Origin: Bacillota bacterium
GTDB taxonomy: Bacteria > Bacillota > Clostridia > Clostridiales > Clostridiaceae
Assembly (NCBI GenBank): GCA_021781745.1
Contig: JAJXWH010000008.1
Location: 26,781 to 90,780, forward strand
DNA length: 64,000 nucleotides
Reading direction: 5' to 3'
Part shown: in pieces, positions 40,107-49,324 of the stretch
Position numbering within the stretch: the stretch's first letter is position 1
Layout of the letters: every line of letters starts with the position of its first letter
Program-made: the position numbers and the translations under genes
Notes under the pieces: model-generated
Told to the model about the DNA's origin: nothing
The model's input: only the letters and a program-made list of their open reading frames with translations
Database searches by the model: none

Positions 40107-41177
40107 ATGAATAATAATATAAAAAAATACGGATACAATGATTTCTTTGAAAGACAAGTAGAAAAGCTTGATATAGCTTCAACAGATTTAATACCTGCAA
40201 GAGTGATTGAAGTACAGAAAGAGCAGTATAAGATTGCAGCGGAATATGGCGAAAATGATGCAAAATTAAAAGGGTCTCTATTTTATAATGAAAATGTCTA
40301 TAATGTATACCCCACTGTAGGAGATTTTGTTTTAGTAAAGCATAATCCTCTAGGTGAAGATGTAATATATCACGTTCTTGATAGAAAAAGCAAATTTTCA
40401 AGGCTTGATTCTTATAATAAGGTGGAGCAGATTGTAGCTGCTAATTTTGATTGTGTATTTATAATGCTTTCACTAAATAATGATTTTAATGTGAAACGAA
40501 CAGAAAGGTATTTAGCCGCTGCATGGCAAAGTGGGGCTTCACCAGTGATTATAATGACTAAGAGGGATTTATGTGATGATTATGATTCATATAAAGAAAA
40601 AGTTGAGGAAATAGCTCCCTTTGTTCCTATAATAGGGGTGAGTTCAGTGACAGGAGAAGGGTTAGAGGAACTATGGACTTATGCAGAGCCCTCTAAAACT
40701 ATTGTGTTTTTAGGATCTTCTGGTATAGGAAAATCATCACTTGTTAATGCCCTTTGCGGTGAAAAAATAATGCAAGTAAATACTATTCGTGAAGATGATA
40801 GTAAAGGCCGCCATACAACAACTCATAGACAGCTTATAAAGCTTAAAAATCATGCTATGATTATTGATACACCAGGTATGCGTGAACTTGGAATGTGGGA
40901 TGTATCAGAAGGATTAGATATAGCATTTGATGATATTGAAGAATTAGCTAAAAAATGCAAATTTAAAGACTGCATGCATGATAAGGAGCCTGGGTGTGCT
41001 GTGAAAGCGGCCTTAGAAGCCGGAGAATTGTCCAAGAAAAGATGGAATAATTATTTAAAGCTTAAGAAAGAAGCAGAGTTTGCTAAATATAAAGAAAATA
41101 TGAGCTTACGTTCAAGAGAAAAAGCTCAATGGAAGGGTATCTCTAAATTACAAAAGGAACTGAAAAGGAAATTTTAA
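40107..41177 (+). CDS. rsgA: Ribosome small subunit-dependent GTPase A (long paralogue)
   Basis: TKRD, GSSGIGKS, GRHTTT, DTPG, zinc finger CKFKDCMHDKEPGC. Confidence 0.93.
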   Translation: MNNNIKKYGYNDFFERQVEKLDIASTDLIPARVIEVQKEQYKIAAEYGENDAKLKGSLFYNENVYNVYPTVGDFVLVKHNPLGEDVIYHVLDRKSKFSRLDSYNKVEQIVAANFDCVFIMLSLNNDFNVKRTERYLAAAWQSGASPVIIMTKRDLCDDYDSYKEKVEEIAPFVPIIGVSSVTGEGLEELWTYAEPSKTIVFLGSSGIGKSSLVNALCGEKIMQVNTIREDDSKGRHTTTHRQLIKLKNHAMIIDTPGMRELGMWDVSEGLDIAFDDIEELAKKCKFKDCMHDKEPGCAVKAALEAGELSKKRWNNYLKLKKEAEFAKYKENMSLRSREKAQWKGISKLQKELKRKF

Positions 41178-41245
41178 TATTTCGGTGAAGTGTTAGAATA
41201 TATATTATATAAAATTATATTTTTATAAATGTAATTAAACTAAAG

Positions 41246-41282
41246 TAATCCCCTAAGGTTTTATATGCCTAGGGGATTATTA
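41246..41282. terminator. Bidirectional terminator
   Basis: TAATCCCCTAAGG / CCTAGGGGATTA. Confidence 0.75.
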
Positions 41283-41308
41283 TTAATTTTAGGTTAGATA
41301 TTTTTAAA

Positions 41309-42283
41309 TTATGCTCCCTTATCAATCTTTTCATTCATGGTATTAGTCCATTTACCACATCTATCTCCAAAACAGCCTATTATAGTATCTTCATTTTTTA
41401 TTCTTACAACTTCACATCTATTGGAGCAGCCTTCACATTCAAAACTACTAGAAATGAAGTTTGAATCTGCTAGATCAAAACCTCTAAAGTTAGTTACACC
41501 TGTTTTATCAACTGTTTCTTTAGCAATAATTGCAGCGCCAATGGCACCCATGACATTATAATGTTCAGGTACGTATACTTCGCATCCTAAAGCTTTTTCA
41601 AAAGAAACCTTCATTCCTTTATTAGCAGCAACACCGCCTTGAAAGAATATTTTAGGGCATATTTCTTTGCCTTTACCGATATCATTAAGATAATTTCTAA
41701 CAAGAGCCTCACACAATCCGTTTATTATATCAGCTTCGTTATAGCCAAGCTGTTGCTTATGTATCATATCGGATTCTGCAAAAACCGCACATCTTCCAGC
41801 TATTCGAAGTGGAGTTGTTGAATTTAATGCATAATCACCAAACTCTTCTATTGGAATACCTAATCGTTCGGCCTGCCTATCAAGGAAAGAGCCAGTTCCG
41901 GCCGCACAAACATTATTCATAGCAAAATCTATGGCAATGCCATCTTTTAATATTATTATTTTAGAATCCTGCCCACCTATTTCTAATATTGTTCTAACGT
42001 CTTTATCTATTTCTAATGCTGCACATGCATGAGCTGTAATTTCGTTTTTTACTGCATCTGCGCCAATTATAAATGACGCTATCTGTCTTCCGCTGCCTGT
42101 AGTTCCAACAGCATTTATTTCTTCATCTTTATATTTTTTCTTTAGAATTTTGCAACCTTCTTGAATTGCATTTATTGGCTTTCCTTTTGTTCTCAAATAT
42201 AGTTTTTCAACTACATTCATGCTACTATCTAAAAGAACAATATCAGTACTTACTGAGCCAACATCAACACCTAGATAATACAT
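41309..42283 (-). CDS. Acyl-CoA dehydratase activase (BadF/BadG/BcrA/BcrD ATPase, HgdC-like)
   Basis: GVDVGSVST, EIGGQDSK, CAAGTG, GRCAVFAESD, QGGVA; C-terminal CEGCSNRC..DRC. Confidence 0.92.
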   Translation of the reverse strand: MYYLGVDVGSVSTDIVLLDSSMNVVEKLYLRTKGKPINAIQEGCKILKKKYKDEEINAVGTTGSGRQIASFIIGADAVKNEITAHACAALEIDKDVRTILEIGGQDSKIIILKDGIAIDFAMNNVCAAGTGSFLDRQAERLGIPIEEFGDYALNSTTPLRIAGRCAVFAESDMIHKQQLGYNEADIINGLCEALVRNYLNDIGKGKEICPKIFFQGGVAANKGMKVSFEKALGCEVYVPEHYNVMGAIGAAIIAKETVDKTGVTNFRGFDLADSNFISSSFECEGCSNRCEVVRIKNEDTIIGCFGDRCGKWTNTMNEKIDKGA

Positions 42284-43361
42284 TTTGTTTTCTCCTTTCT
42301 AATAAGTCTAAAAACGCTTCTATCCTTGTAACATATCCACCTTCTCCAGTCATTTCATCAACTACAAGAGTTAAGATAGGGAAATCTTTATCTTTAGATA
42401 TAGTAGGAAGCATAGCTTTGCATACAATTTCAGGCATGCATCCCATTGGGAATATCTGAATGGCGCCGTCAAATCCTTCTTGTGTAGCCAGTACTGCTTC
42501 ACCAATACACTCCCTTGCATGGCCGCCAATATATAATGGTAGATATTCTTTGGAGGCTTTCCGTATATCTAATGAATTAATTCCAATAACTGACATGAGT
42601 GAGTCTTTTGCCCACCAACTTGGAGTAAGCCTTCTTTGAGTTGAAACCCCGTATTCCATAAGTTTATCTTCAATAAAGAGATTTGAGAATGGCTCTATTA
42701 TTGTATAAATTTCGCCTATAATAGCTATTTTTAATGGATTCCTATCTTTATATATTTCTATGGAACTAAGACTTTTATCATAGGTATTTAATATTCGTAT
42801 CATTTCATTTGGATTATTACTATTTGCTGCATCAATTTTGCATTTATTTAGCAATCTTTTACATTCGCCTTTGTTTTTTTCATATCCAGCCAAATAATGC
42901 GCTTTTGCCTCGATTTTATCAATAAGATTTAAAACCTTAAATCCGATGCGTAAAGCATTTAATTTTTGAACTGTAGTTTTATTACTATTTGAAGATATAA
43001 AGGATATCCTATTTAAAAATTCTTTTAAGCCTATTTCTGAGGGCTTATCTAATACAATAAAATTTAAATTATGACCTAGTTTTTTTAAGATATTGATTTG
43101 TAATTCACAATATTCGCCATATCTGCAAGGGCCGCAGCTTCCTGTAATTATTATTGTATCTGCTCCGTTCTCAATTCCTTGAATATAATTTCCCATCATA
43201 AGCTTAAATGGTAAACACATGTCCTCAGGTGAATACATGGAACCTATTTCCAAAGATTTCTTGCTGTTGAATTCTGGGATTAGGTAATCTACACCAAGGG
43301 CATCAAAAGTAGCCTTGGCAACGAGATATACATTTCCAAGGTGAGGTGTCATAATTTTCAT
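42264..43361 (-). CDS. 2-hydroxyacyl-CoA dehydratase/reductase-like (HGD-D) subunit
   Basis: CLPFK, GPCRYGEY, GEIY, FPMGCMPE, DEMTGEGGYVTRIEAF. Confidence 0.82.
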   Translation of the reverse strand: MKIMTPHLGNVYLVAKATFDALGVDYLIPEFNSKKSLEIGSMYSPEDMCLPFKLMMGNYIQGIENGADTIIITGSCGPCRYGEYCELQINILKKLGHNLNFIVLDKPSEIGLKEFLNRISFISSNSNKTTVQKLNALRIGFKVLNLIDKIEAKAHYLAGYEKNKGECKRLLNKCKIDAANSNNPNEMIRILNTYDKSLSSIEIYKDRNPLKIAIIGEIYTIIEPFSNLFIEDKLMEYGVSTQRRLTPSWWAKDSLMSVIGINSLDIRKASKEYLPLYIGGHARECIGEAVLATQEGFDGAIQIFPMGCMPEIVCKAMLPTISKDKDFPILTLVVDEMTGEGGYVTRIEAFLDLLERRKQNVLSRC

Positions 43362-43362
43362 G

Positions 43363-44253
43363 TTATTGCCTCCTTTCTAACATGTCTACAAAAGCCTCTA
43401 TTCTAGTATCAAATCCAGATTCTCCAGTATGTTCGTCAACCTTTAATATTAAAAAAGGAAAATCTTTAGTTTTTTCTTTTATTAAGTCTATAACTACAGA
43501 ATCTATGCCACATGCAAAGGATGATATGTATACTATGCCATCTACTTTTTTGTTTTCTGATAAATATGTTGATACTCCATATGCATTTCTTGCAAAAGTC
43601 CAAAAAGGTCTTTTAAATAAATCTTTTGTTTTAAGAAAGATAGAATCTTTATCTATAAATTCTTCTGTTATAATTCCAACGCCAAGCATATTGAATTTTT
43701 TTACTAAATTCATATTAATAAAATTATCATAAACATTATAAGGGTGGCCAATTAAGGCTATATTTATGTTATAACCTTCACTTTTTATTCCTATTTGAGA
43801 CTTATTTTGCTCGTTTAATGCTTCATAATAGGCTCTCTTAATTTTTTTCTTATTATTTGTTATCATGCTTCCAGTAGAAAGCACCCATTTATATAATTTT
43901 TCCTTTGATGTTGCATAAATAGGAGCCATAGTAACTTTGGGCATGTTAGGTATACTATTTACAATCATTTCTGGAAGTCCACAAAATTTAGGACAAATAA
44001 ATTCATGCTCTGAAAGCTGCATAATTCTTGGGATAACGATAATATCGCATTTATCTTTAATAGCCACTACATGGCCATGGAAAATTTTCATTGGTAAACA
44101 TGCCTCATTTACACAATGTTTTACGCCTGCATCTAAGATTTGTTTATTTGTATCAGGGGATGTAACTATTTCTGCTCCTAGTTCATAAAAGAATTTTTCA
44201 AGGAAGCCAGAATATTTATAATTTAATAGTCCTTTAGGAATTCCAACCTTCAT
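43363..44253 (-). CDS. DUF2229 activase-related protein
   Basis: VGIPKGL, EACLPMKIFHGH, CPKFCGLP, GHPYN, SFACGID, DEHTG..TRIEAF. Confidence 0.82.
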   Translation of the reverse strand: MKVGIPKGLLNYKYSGFLEKFFYELGAEIVTSPDTNKQILDAGVKHCVNEACLPMKIFHGHVVAIKDKCDIIVIPRIMQLSEHEFICPKFCGLPEMIVNSIPNMPKVTMAPIYATSKEKLYKWVLSTGSMITNNKKKIKRAYYEALNEQNKSQIGIKSEGYNINIALIGHPYNVYDNFINMNLVKKFNMLGVGIITEEFIDKDSIFLKTKDLFKRPFWTFARNAYGVSTYLSENKKVDGIVYISSFACGIDSVVIDLIKEKTKDFPFLILKVDEHTGESGFDTRIEAFVDMLERRQ

Positions 44254-44344
44254 ATGTAATTCACTCCTATAAAATTTAAGCTCATTTTTGTATTTTTCAC
44301 ATAAATTACAAAATTATTCATGTTAATAAAAAAATTATATTTAA

Positions 44345-44450
44345 GAAAAAAGCCTTTGGCTTTTCTAAAGAATACTTTTAGAAATTGCCAAAGGCGGTTT
44401 TATCTTTAACTTTTCACTTACCACTTATAACTTGTAACTTGTTATTTCTT
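44345..44450 (-). repeat. Second copy of the heptamer-periodic REP-like element
   Basis: Shares AAGTGAAAAGTTAA and GAAA(A)GCCA(A/G)AGGCTT, at about 40-nt spacing, with 14085-14154. Confidence 0.6.
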
Positions 44451-44469
44451 CTCTGATTTACCGCTAATT

Positions 44470-45651
44470 TTAGTTTATATACCAATTCCCAGTAGCAACT
44501 ATCATAGCTAAAAGTTTTAGTGTATTTTCATAAAAGGTACATTTGTTTATTGGTTTTTGTATTAAAGTTTCCCATAGGGAAATAGTCCAATGATCGTGCT
44601 CTTTTTCTATAAGAGAACTAACTAGAAAAGGAGCTATAAATGATAAGTTATTTTTTGAACCAAAAGAAGATCCGGGAGGGCCATTAGCTATATAATAGCC
44701 AGAGCTTATATTTTCTGGTTTATATGAAGTATTTTTCTTAATCCAATTATTGAGAGTACGCAATTCTTCTGTTACCGGGGTTTTATTTATAATAATATCC
44801 ATAGAGTAACGCCATGGAATTCTGCAGCTGTTAAAGTAATAATCTCCATCATGAACAGTTTCTAAGATCTTGATTTTAGGTGCTATATAAGTATCGTTAT
44901 ACTTTATGAAAAAATCGGGCATAAGCCCGTTTGATTTACTTTCTTTCTGCATTTGTTTAGAAATTATTGAGTCAATCTTATTAATTACCATTTGCCATTT
45001 ATGAGTGTTTTGTACATCAAATTTACAAAATTCCCGGATATGATACTTTAAAAAATCTGAACTTCTAGTTACATATTGGAATTTATTAATTTTCGATCCC
45101 TTTACCCAATCTCCCAGAGTTAAGATATAATCATTTTCATTTACACAGCTATCCATTAGAGCATTAATTCTTTTGATTGCTTCATTTTTGTAGCTGATTT
45201 TATCATTTTCTCCCCAAATTTTATGTGCAAGAAGCAGCCCGTAACTAATGTCCATATCCCCGTCAGTTGCAGAAGAGGTTTCAGCTTCAGAATTAATAAT
45301 ATTGCCATTAGAATCTTTAATTTGTTGCCAGGCCATTAAATTGGGATTATAAAAACTTGGGTAAGATTTTATATAATTATATATTGCTGTAAAGTGAATT
45401 TTAGCAGTAAGATCAAATTTACTCATCAGCGGGAATATTATCATACCATAGCCCATTGCCTCTGAGACTGTAACAGCATTTTTAGGAGCAGGCTGATCCA
45501 GGGCATAAAATAGATATTCCTTTAGAGTAGGAAAATCATTTGTAGGCCTTAAGTAGCGTATCTTCCAATCATTATAGAAAGATAGTAACTCTAAATTTAA
45601 GCTGCTTTGGGAATAGTAATTAACTAATGTGTCATTATAAATTATGGTCAC
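44470..45651 (-). CDS. Glycoside hydrolase family 8 (GH8b-type), no signal peptide
   Basis: TVSEAMGYGM (acid Glu), SATDGDMDI, LE....YYFNSCRIPWR. Confidence 0.9.
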   Translation of the reverse strand: MTIIYNDTLVNYYSQSSLNLELLSFYNDWKIRYLRPTNDFPTLKEYLFYALDQPAPKNAVTVSEAMGYGMIIFPLMSKFDLTAKIHFTAIYNYIKSYPSFYNPNLMAWQQIKDSNGNIINSEAETSSATDGDMDISYGLLLAHKIWGENDKISYKNEAIKRINALMDSCVNENDYILTLGDWVKGSKINKFQYVTRSSDFLKYHIREFCKFDVQNTHKWQMVINKIDSIISKQMQKESKSNGLMPDFFIKYNDTYIAPKIKILETVHDGDYYFNSCRIPWRYSMDIIINKTPVTEELRTLNNWIKKNTSYKPENISSGYYIANGPPGSSFGSKNNLSFIAPFLVSSLIEKEHDHWTISLWETLIQKPINKCTFYENTLKLLAMIVATGNWYIN

Positions 45652-45677
45652 CGCCTTTCTATTAATTTATTTAATAA

Positions 45678-47939
45678 TCAAGATGCATTTACTGATTTAA
45701 GGATATTATCTAACATATCATTGGTGAAATCGCCATTACTTATAACAGGTAATTTATTAATAGGGATGTATTTAAGGTAATTTATAATTTCTTCTTGAGC
45801 TTCCTTGTTACCTGTAATCAATTCTGCTATATTTTGAAGTATTGGTTCAATAACAGCTCTAGCATTTGGGTTAGTTAAGAATTCACCAATTAGTGTATTT
45901 TCAGCATATTTAGGAACTGGTACATAAGCTGATTGAATGTATATATTTTTAGAAAGTATTATATCCCTTGAAGATTTACCAATTAATATTTCATATGGAC
46001 CACTTTCTACAACCCAAGAGTTTGTTGCTCTATCATAGTAAGAGAAATCTCTTGTGCTAAGATAGAAGGTTACTTCTTTTTCTTCTCCAGGGAAAAGTGG
46101 CATTTTTGTAAAAGCTTTCAACTCTTTTTCAGGTCTTGGTGCTGAACTAATTATATTTCTTACATAAAGTTCTACAACCTCTTTACCAAAATATTTGCCA
46201 GTATTTTTTACTTTTAGTTTTACTTCAAGAATATCAGTATCCCTTATTACATCTTTGCTTAGTGTTAAGTCACTATAGTTAAAAGTAGTATAAGATAATC
46301 CAAAACCAAAAGGAAATTCAACAGGAATTTCTTTCTTATCATAATATCTGTAGCCAACAAAAATGCCTTCTCTATATTCTAGGTGGTTTTCGGGACTAAC
46401 ATTATCTAGGTAAGTAGGGGTGTCGGACAACTTCATGGGAAATGTAGATGACAACTTCCCAGATGGAGTTACTATTCCAAATAAAATATTAGCAATAGCG
46501 CTTCCATTTGCTTGACCTGCAAGCCATGCCTCTAAAATAGCATCAGGGTATTTAGACCATGATGAAGTAGTTAGCGGTGAACCATTGTTAAGTACTAAAA
46601 TAACATTTTTGTGTATTTTGCTAATTTCTTTAATCAGCTTTATTTGATTTTCAGGTAAATTAGCATCTTTGTTATCTTCATTTTCTGCATCGTAGGAGTC
46701 AGGAGTCCCTGCAAATATTATAACCACATCAGATTCTTTGGCAACTCTCTTTGCTTCTCTAAGGAGAGTATTATCATCTTCGACTGTATCATCAGAGAAA
46801 ATATTATATCCTTTTGCATAATTGATTTTGATTGAATTTCCAACTAATTTAGCTATTTCATTATAAGGATTTTCAAGTATCGTAGGGACGACAGAGGAAG
46901 TACCAGTGCCTTGATATTTTGGATTCTTTGCATACTCTCCAATTATCGCTATTCTCTTATTTTTTAATCTTTCTCTTTTTAGTGGTAATATGTTATGTCT
47001 GTTTTTTAGAAGAACCATGCAATTTTCAGCTGCTTCCCTTGCTAAATCATGGTGTTTCTCTTTATCATAAGTATCATATGAATTTTGATTTTGAGCAATT
47101 CTAAATACTATATTTATTATATATTCCACAGCCTTATTTAAGACTGCTGGATCTAAAGCACCATTTAGAATAGCTTCAACAATTGCTTTACTATTAATGT
47201 ATGAATTAGGTAATTCTAAATTTAAGCCTGCCATCAAGGAGTCTATTATCGAATCTATACCATACCAGTTTGATAGCACTAATCCATCAAAATTCCATTG
47301 ATTCCTCAAAAGATCAGTTAAGAAAAGTTTATTTTCTGCACAAGGCATTCCATTTATATTATTGTGAGCAGCCATAACTGCAAAGGGATGTCCTTTTTTT
47401 ACGGCTATTTCAAAATTATATAAATAGATTTCGTTTAATGGTTGATCACCAATAATATTATTAATATTTTGTCTGTGGTATTCTTGATTGCTTCCGGCAT
47501 AATCTTTTATACAGGCACCTACACCTTCACTTTGAAGTCCTTGAATAAAAGATGCAGAAATTTCCCCACTTAGTACAGGATCTTCTGAAAAGTATTGGAA
47601 GTTTCTCCCGCTTAAGGGAGAGCGTTGAATATTCATAGAAGGTCCTAAAAGTAGATTTACATTTTCTGCTACGCATTCTTCTGCAATAGCTTTACCAACA
47701 GCATAAGCTAAGTCTACATCCCAAGATGATGATAAAGCAGAAGGTGTAGGAAAACACGTTGAAGGAATAATGTCAGATAGGGTAGCAGATCTTTTTACAA
47801 GACCATTTGAGCCATAAGCTAAGGTTAATGAAGGAATCCCAAGTCTTTCTATATCTTGAGTTTCCCAAGTATTTTTGCATGAGCACATCGATGCTTTTTC
47901 TTCAAGTGTCAATTGGTTGATAATATTTCTTATATCCAC
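45678..47939 (-). CDS. GH3 beta-glucosidase-fold protein with degenerate active site
   Basis: GH3 architecture (LTLEEKA, PLSGRNFQYFSEDP, MVLLKN, YREGIFVGYRYY, FPFGFGLSYT), but SNW replaces SDW and KD replaces KH. Confidence 0.88.
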   Translation of the reverse strand: MDIRNIINQLTLEEKASMCSCKNTWETQDIERLGIPSLTLAYGSNGLVKRSATLSDIIPSTCFPTPSALSSSWDVDLAYAVGKAIAEECVAENVNLLLGPSMNIQRSPLSGRNFQYFSEDPVLSGEISASFIQGLQSEGVGACIKDYAGSNQEYHRQNINNIIGDQPLNEIYLYNFEIAVKKGHPFAVMAAHNNINGMPCAENKLFLTDLLRNQWNFDGLVLSNWYGIDSIIDSLMAGLNLELPNSYINSKAIVEAILNGALDPAVLNKAVEYIINIVFRIAQNQNSYDTYDKEKHHDLAREAAENCMVLLKNRHNILPLKRERLKNKRIAIIGEYAKNPKYQGTGTSSVVPTILENPYNEIAKLVGNSIKINYAKGYNIFSDDTVEDDNTLLREAKRVAKESDVVIIFAGTPDSYDAENEDNKDANLPENQIKLIKEISKIHKNVILVLNNGSPLTTSSWSKYPDAILEAWLAGQANGSAIANILFGIVTPSGKLSSTFPMKLSDTPTYLDNVSPENHLEYREGIFVGYRYYDKKEIPVEFPFGFGLSYTTFNYSDLTLSKDVIRDTDILEVKLKVKNTGKYFGKEVVELYVRNIISSAPRPEKELKAFTKMPLFPGEEKEVTFYLSTRDFSYYDRATNSWVVESGPYEILIGKSSRDIILSKNIYIQSAYVPVPKYAENTLIGEFLTNPNARAVIEPILQNIAELITGNKEAQEEIINYLKYIPINKLPVISNGDFTNDMLDNILKSVNAS

Positions 47940-48204
47940 TCAAATATCACCTTGTCTTTCTTAATAGTATTTATTTATAATTTACAATTAAACTTCAACA
48001 TAATTAAAAATTAATGCCATTATTATATTATTTAAAAGAAACAATATATATTACCTATGTTGATTATAAATTACAATTAAATTAATATCAGTGGTTAAAA
48101 AGAACCTGATAATATTTAACGATTTAAAATTTTAGGTATTTTCTTTTTTTTATAAGTTATTGTATTATGAAATATAGGAAATATTATTTTGTCTAGGGGG
48201 AAAC

Positions 48205-48990
48205 ATGGAGAGAAAAGCAGTTTTTTTTGATATTGATGGAACTTTATATAACAATAAAATAGGTGTACCAGAAAGTGCAGCTCAGGGAATTAAAGAATTA
48301 AAAGATAATGGACATTATGCATTTATATCAACAGGAAGAGCACGGGCAATGATTCCACAGGATTTAATAGATTTAGGTTTTGATGGAGTATTAGCAGCTT
48401 GCGGTGCTTATGTGGAATATAAAGGAGATGTCATTTATAATATTGATTTAGAAAAAGAAATAGCTAATAGTGCAATTAACGCATTAAGAAAGCATAACGT
48501 ACTTTGTGTATTGGAAGGACAGGATTATTTATACATGGATGAGGATGATTTTTCTCAAGGGGGATTATTTTCTGTGGCAAAATTTAAAGAAAAGCATGGG
48601 GATAAAATAAAACCAATTACTGGAGAAGAGTATCACATTAATAAAATCACTTGCAGAGTTACCAAGGATAGTAATTTTGAGGAGGCATTTAAAGCTATTG
48701 AAAACGAGTTTGATTGTATATATCACAATACAGAATTTATTGAGTTAGTTCCTAAAGGATTTACAAAGGTAAAAGGAATAGAAGCAATAATAAAACATTT
48801 GGGTGTATATATTGATAATACATATGCATTTGGAGATAGTTTAAATGACATTGATATGCTTAAGTATGTGAAATATGGAATTGCTATGGGTAATAGCAAT
48901 CCAGAAGTTCTTAAAATTGTGCAATATAGAACAGATACTATTGAGAATGGTGGAATTTATAAAGGATTAAAACAATTTAAATTAATATAA
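48205..48990 (+). CDS. Cof-type HAD-IIB hydrolase
   Basis: FFDIDGTL, STGR, TKVKG, FGDSLNDIDML. Confidence 0.93.
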   Translation: MERKAVFFDIDGTLYNNKIGVPESAAQGIKELKDNGHYAFISTGRARAMIPQDLIDLGFDGVLAACGAYVEYKGDVIYNIDLEKEIANSAINALRKHNVLCVLEGQDYLYMDEDDFSQGGLFSVAKFKEKHGDKIKPITGEEYHINKITCRVTKDSNFEEAFKAIENEFDCIYHNTEFIELVPKGFTKVKGIEAIIKHLGVYIDNTYAFGDSLNDIDMLKYVKYGIAMGNSNPEVLKIVQYRTDTIENGGIYKGLKQFKLI

Positions 48991-49260
48991 TAATGAATCA
49001 AATACTTAAATTAAGAAGGCTGCTAAAATTAAATTTGTTGAGTAGTATTTTAGTTTACACAAATTTAAATCATATATAATTCAGTAAAAATTACTTAATT
49101 TTACTTTGTTAAGTATAAAGTAAATTAAGTATATTATATAAGTAAGTGCAGAAGACTATATTATAATTCAAAAGTTTAAGTAGAAGAAAAGATTATCAAT
49201 TAATAAAATACTTTGGTATAGAATAAGGGAAAATTATTTCTTTTTTTTTATTTAAGATAT

Positions 49261-49287
49261 ATAATTATCTATAGATAATTATTATCT
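49261..49287. promoter_or_regulatory. Fur/PerR-like box upstream of nox
   Basis: AGATAAT-T-ATTATCT (7-1-7, 49273-49287) overlapping a perfect 22-bp palindrome (49261-49282). Confidence 0.45.
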
Positions 49288-49324
49288 TTAAAAAGTGATT
49301 ATTGAAAATCAAAGGAGGAATTAT

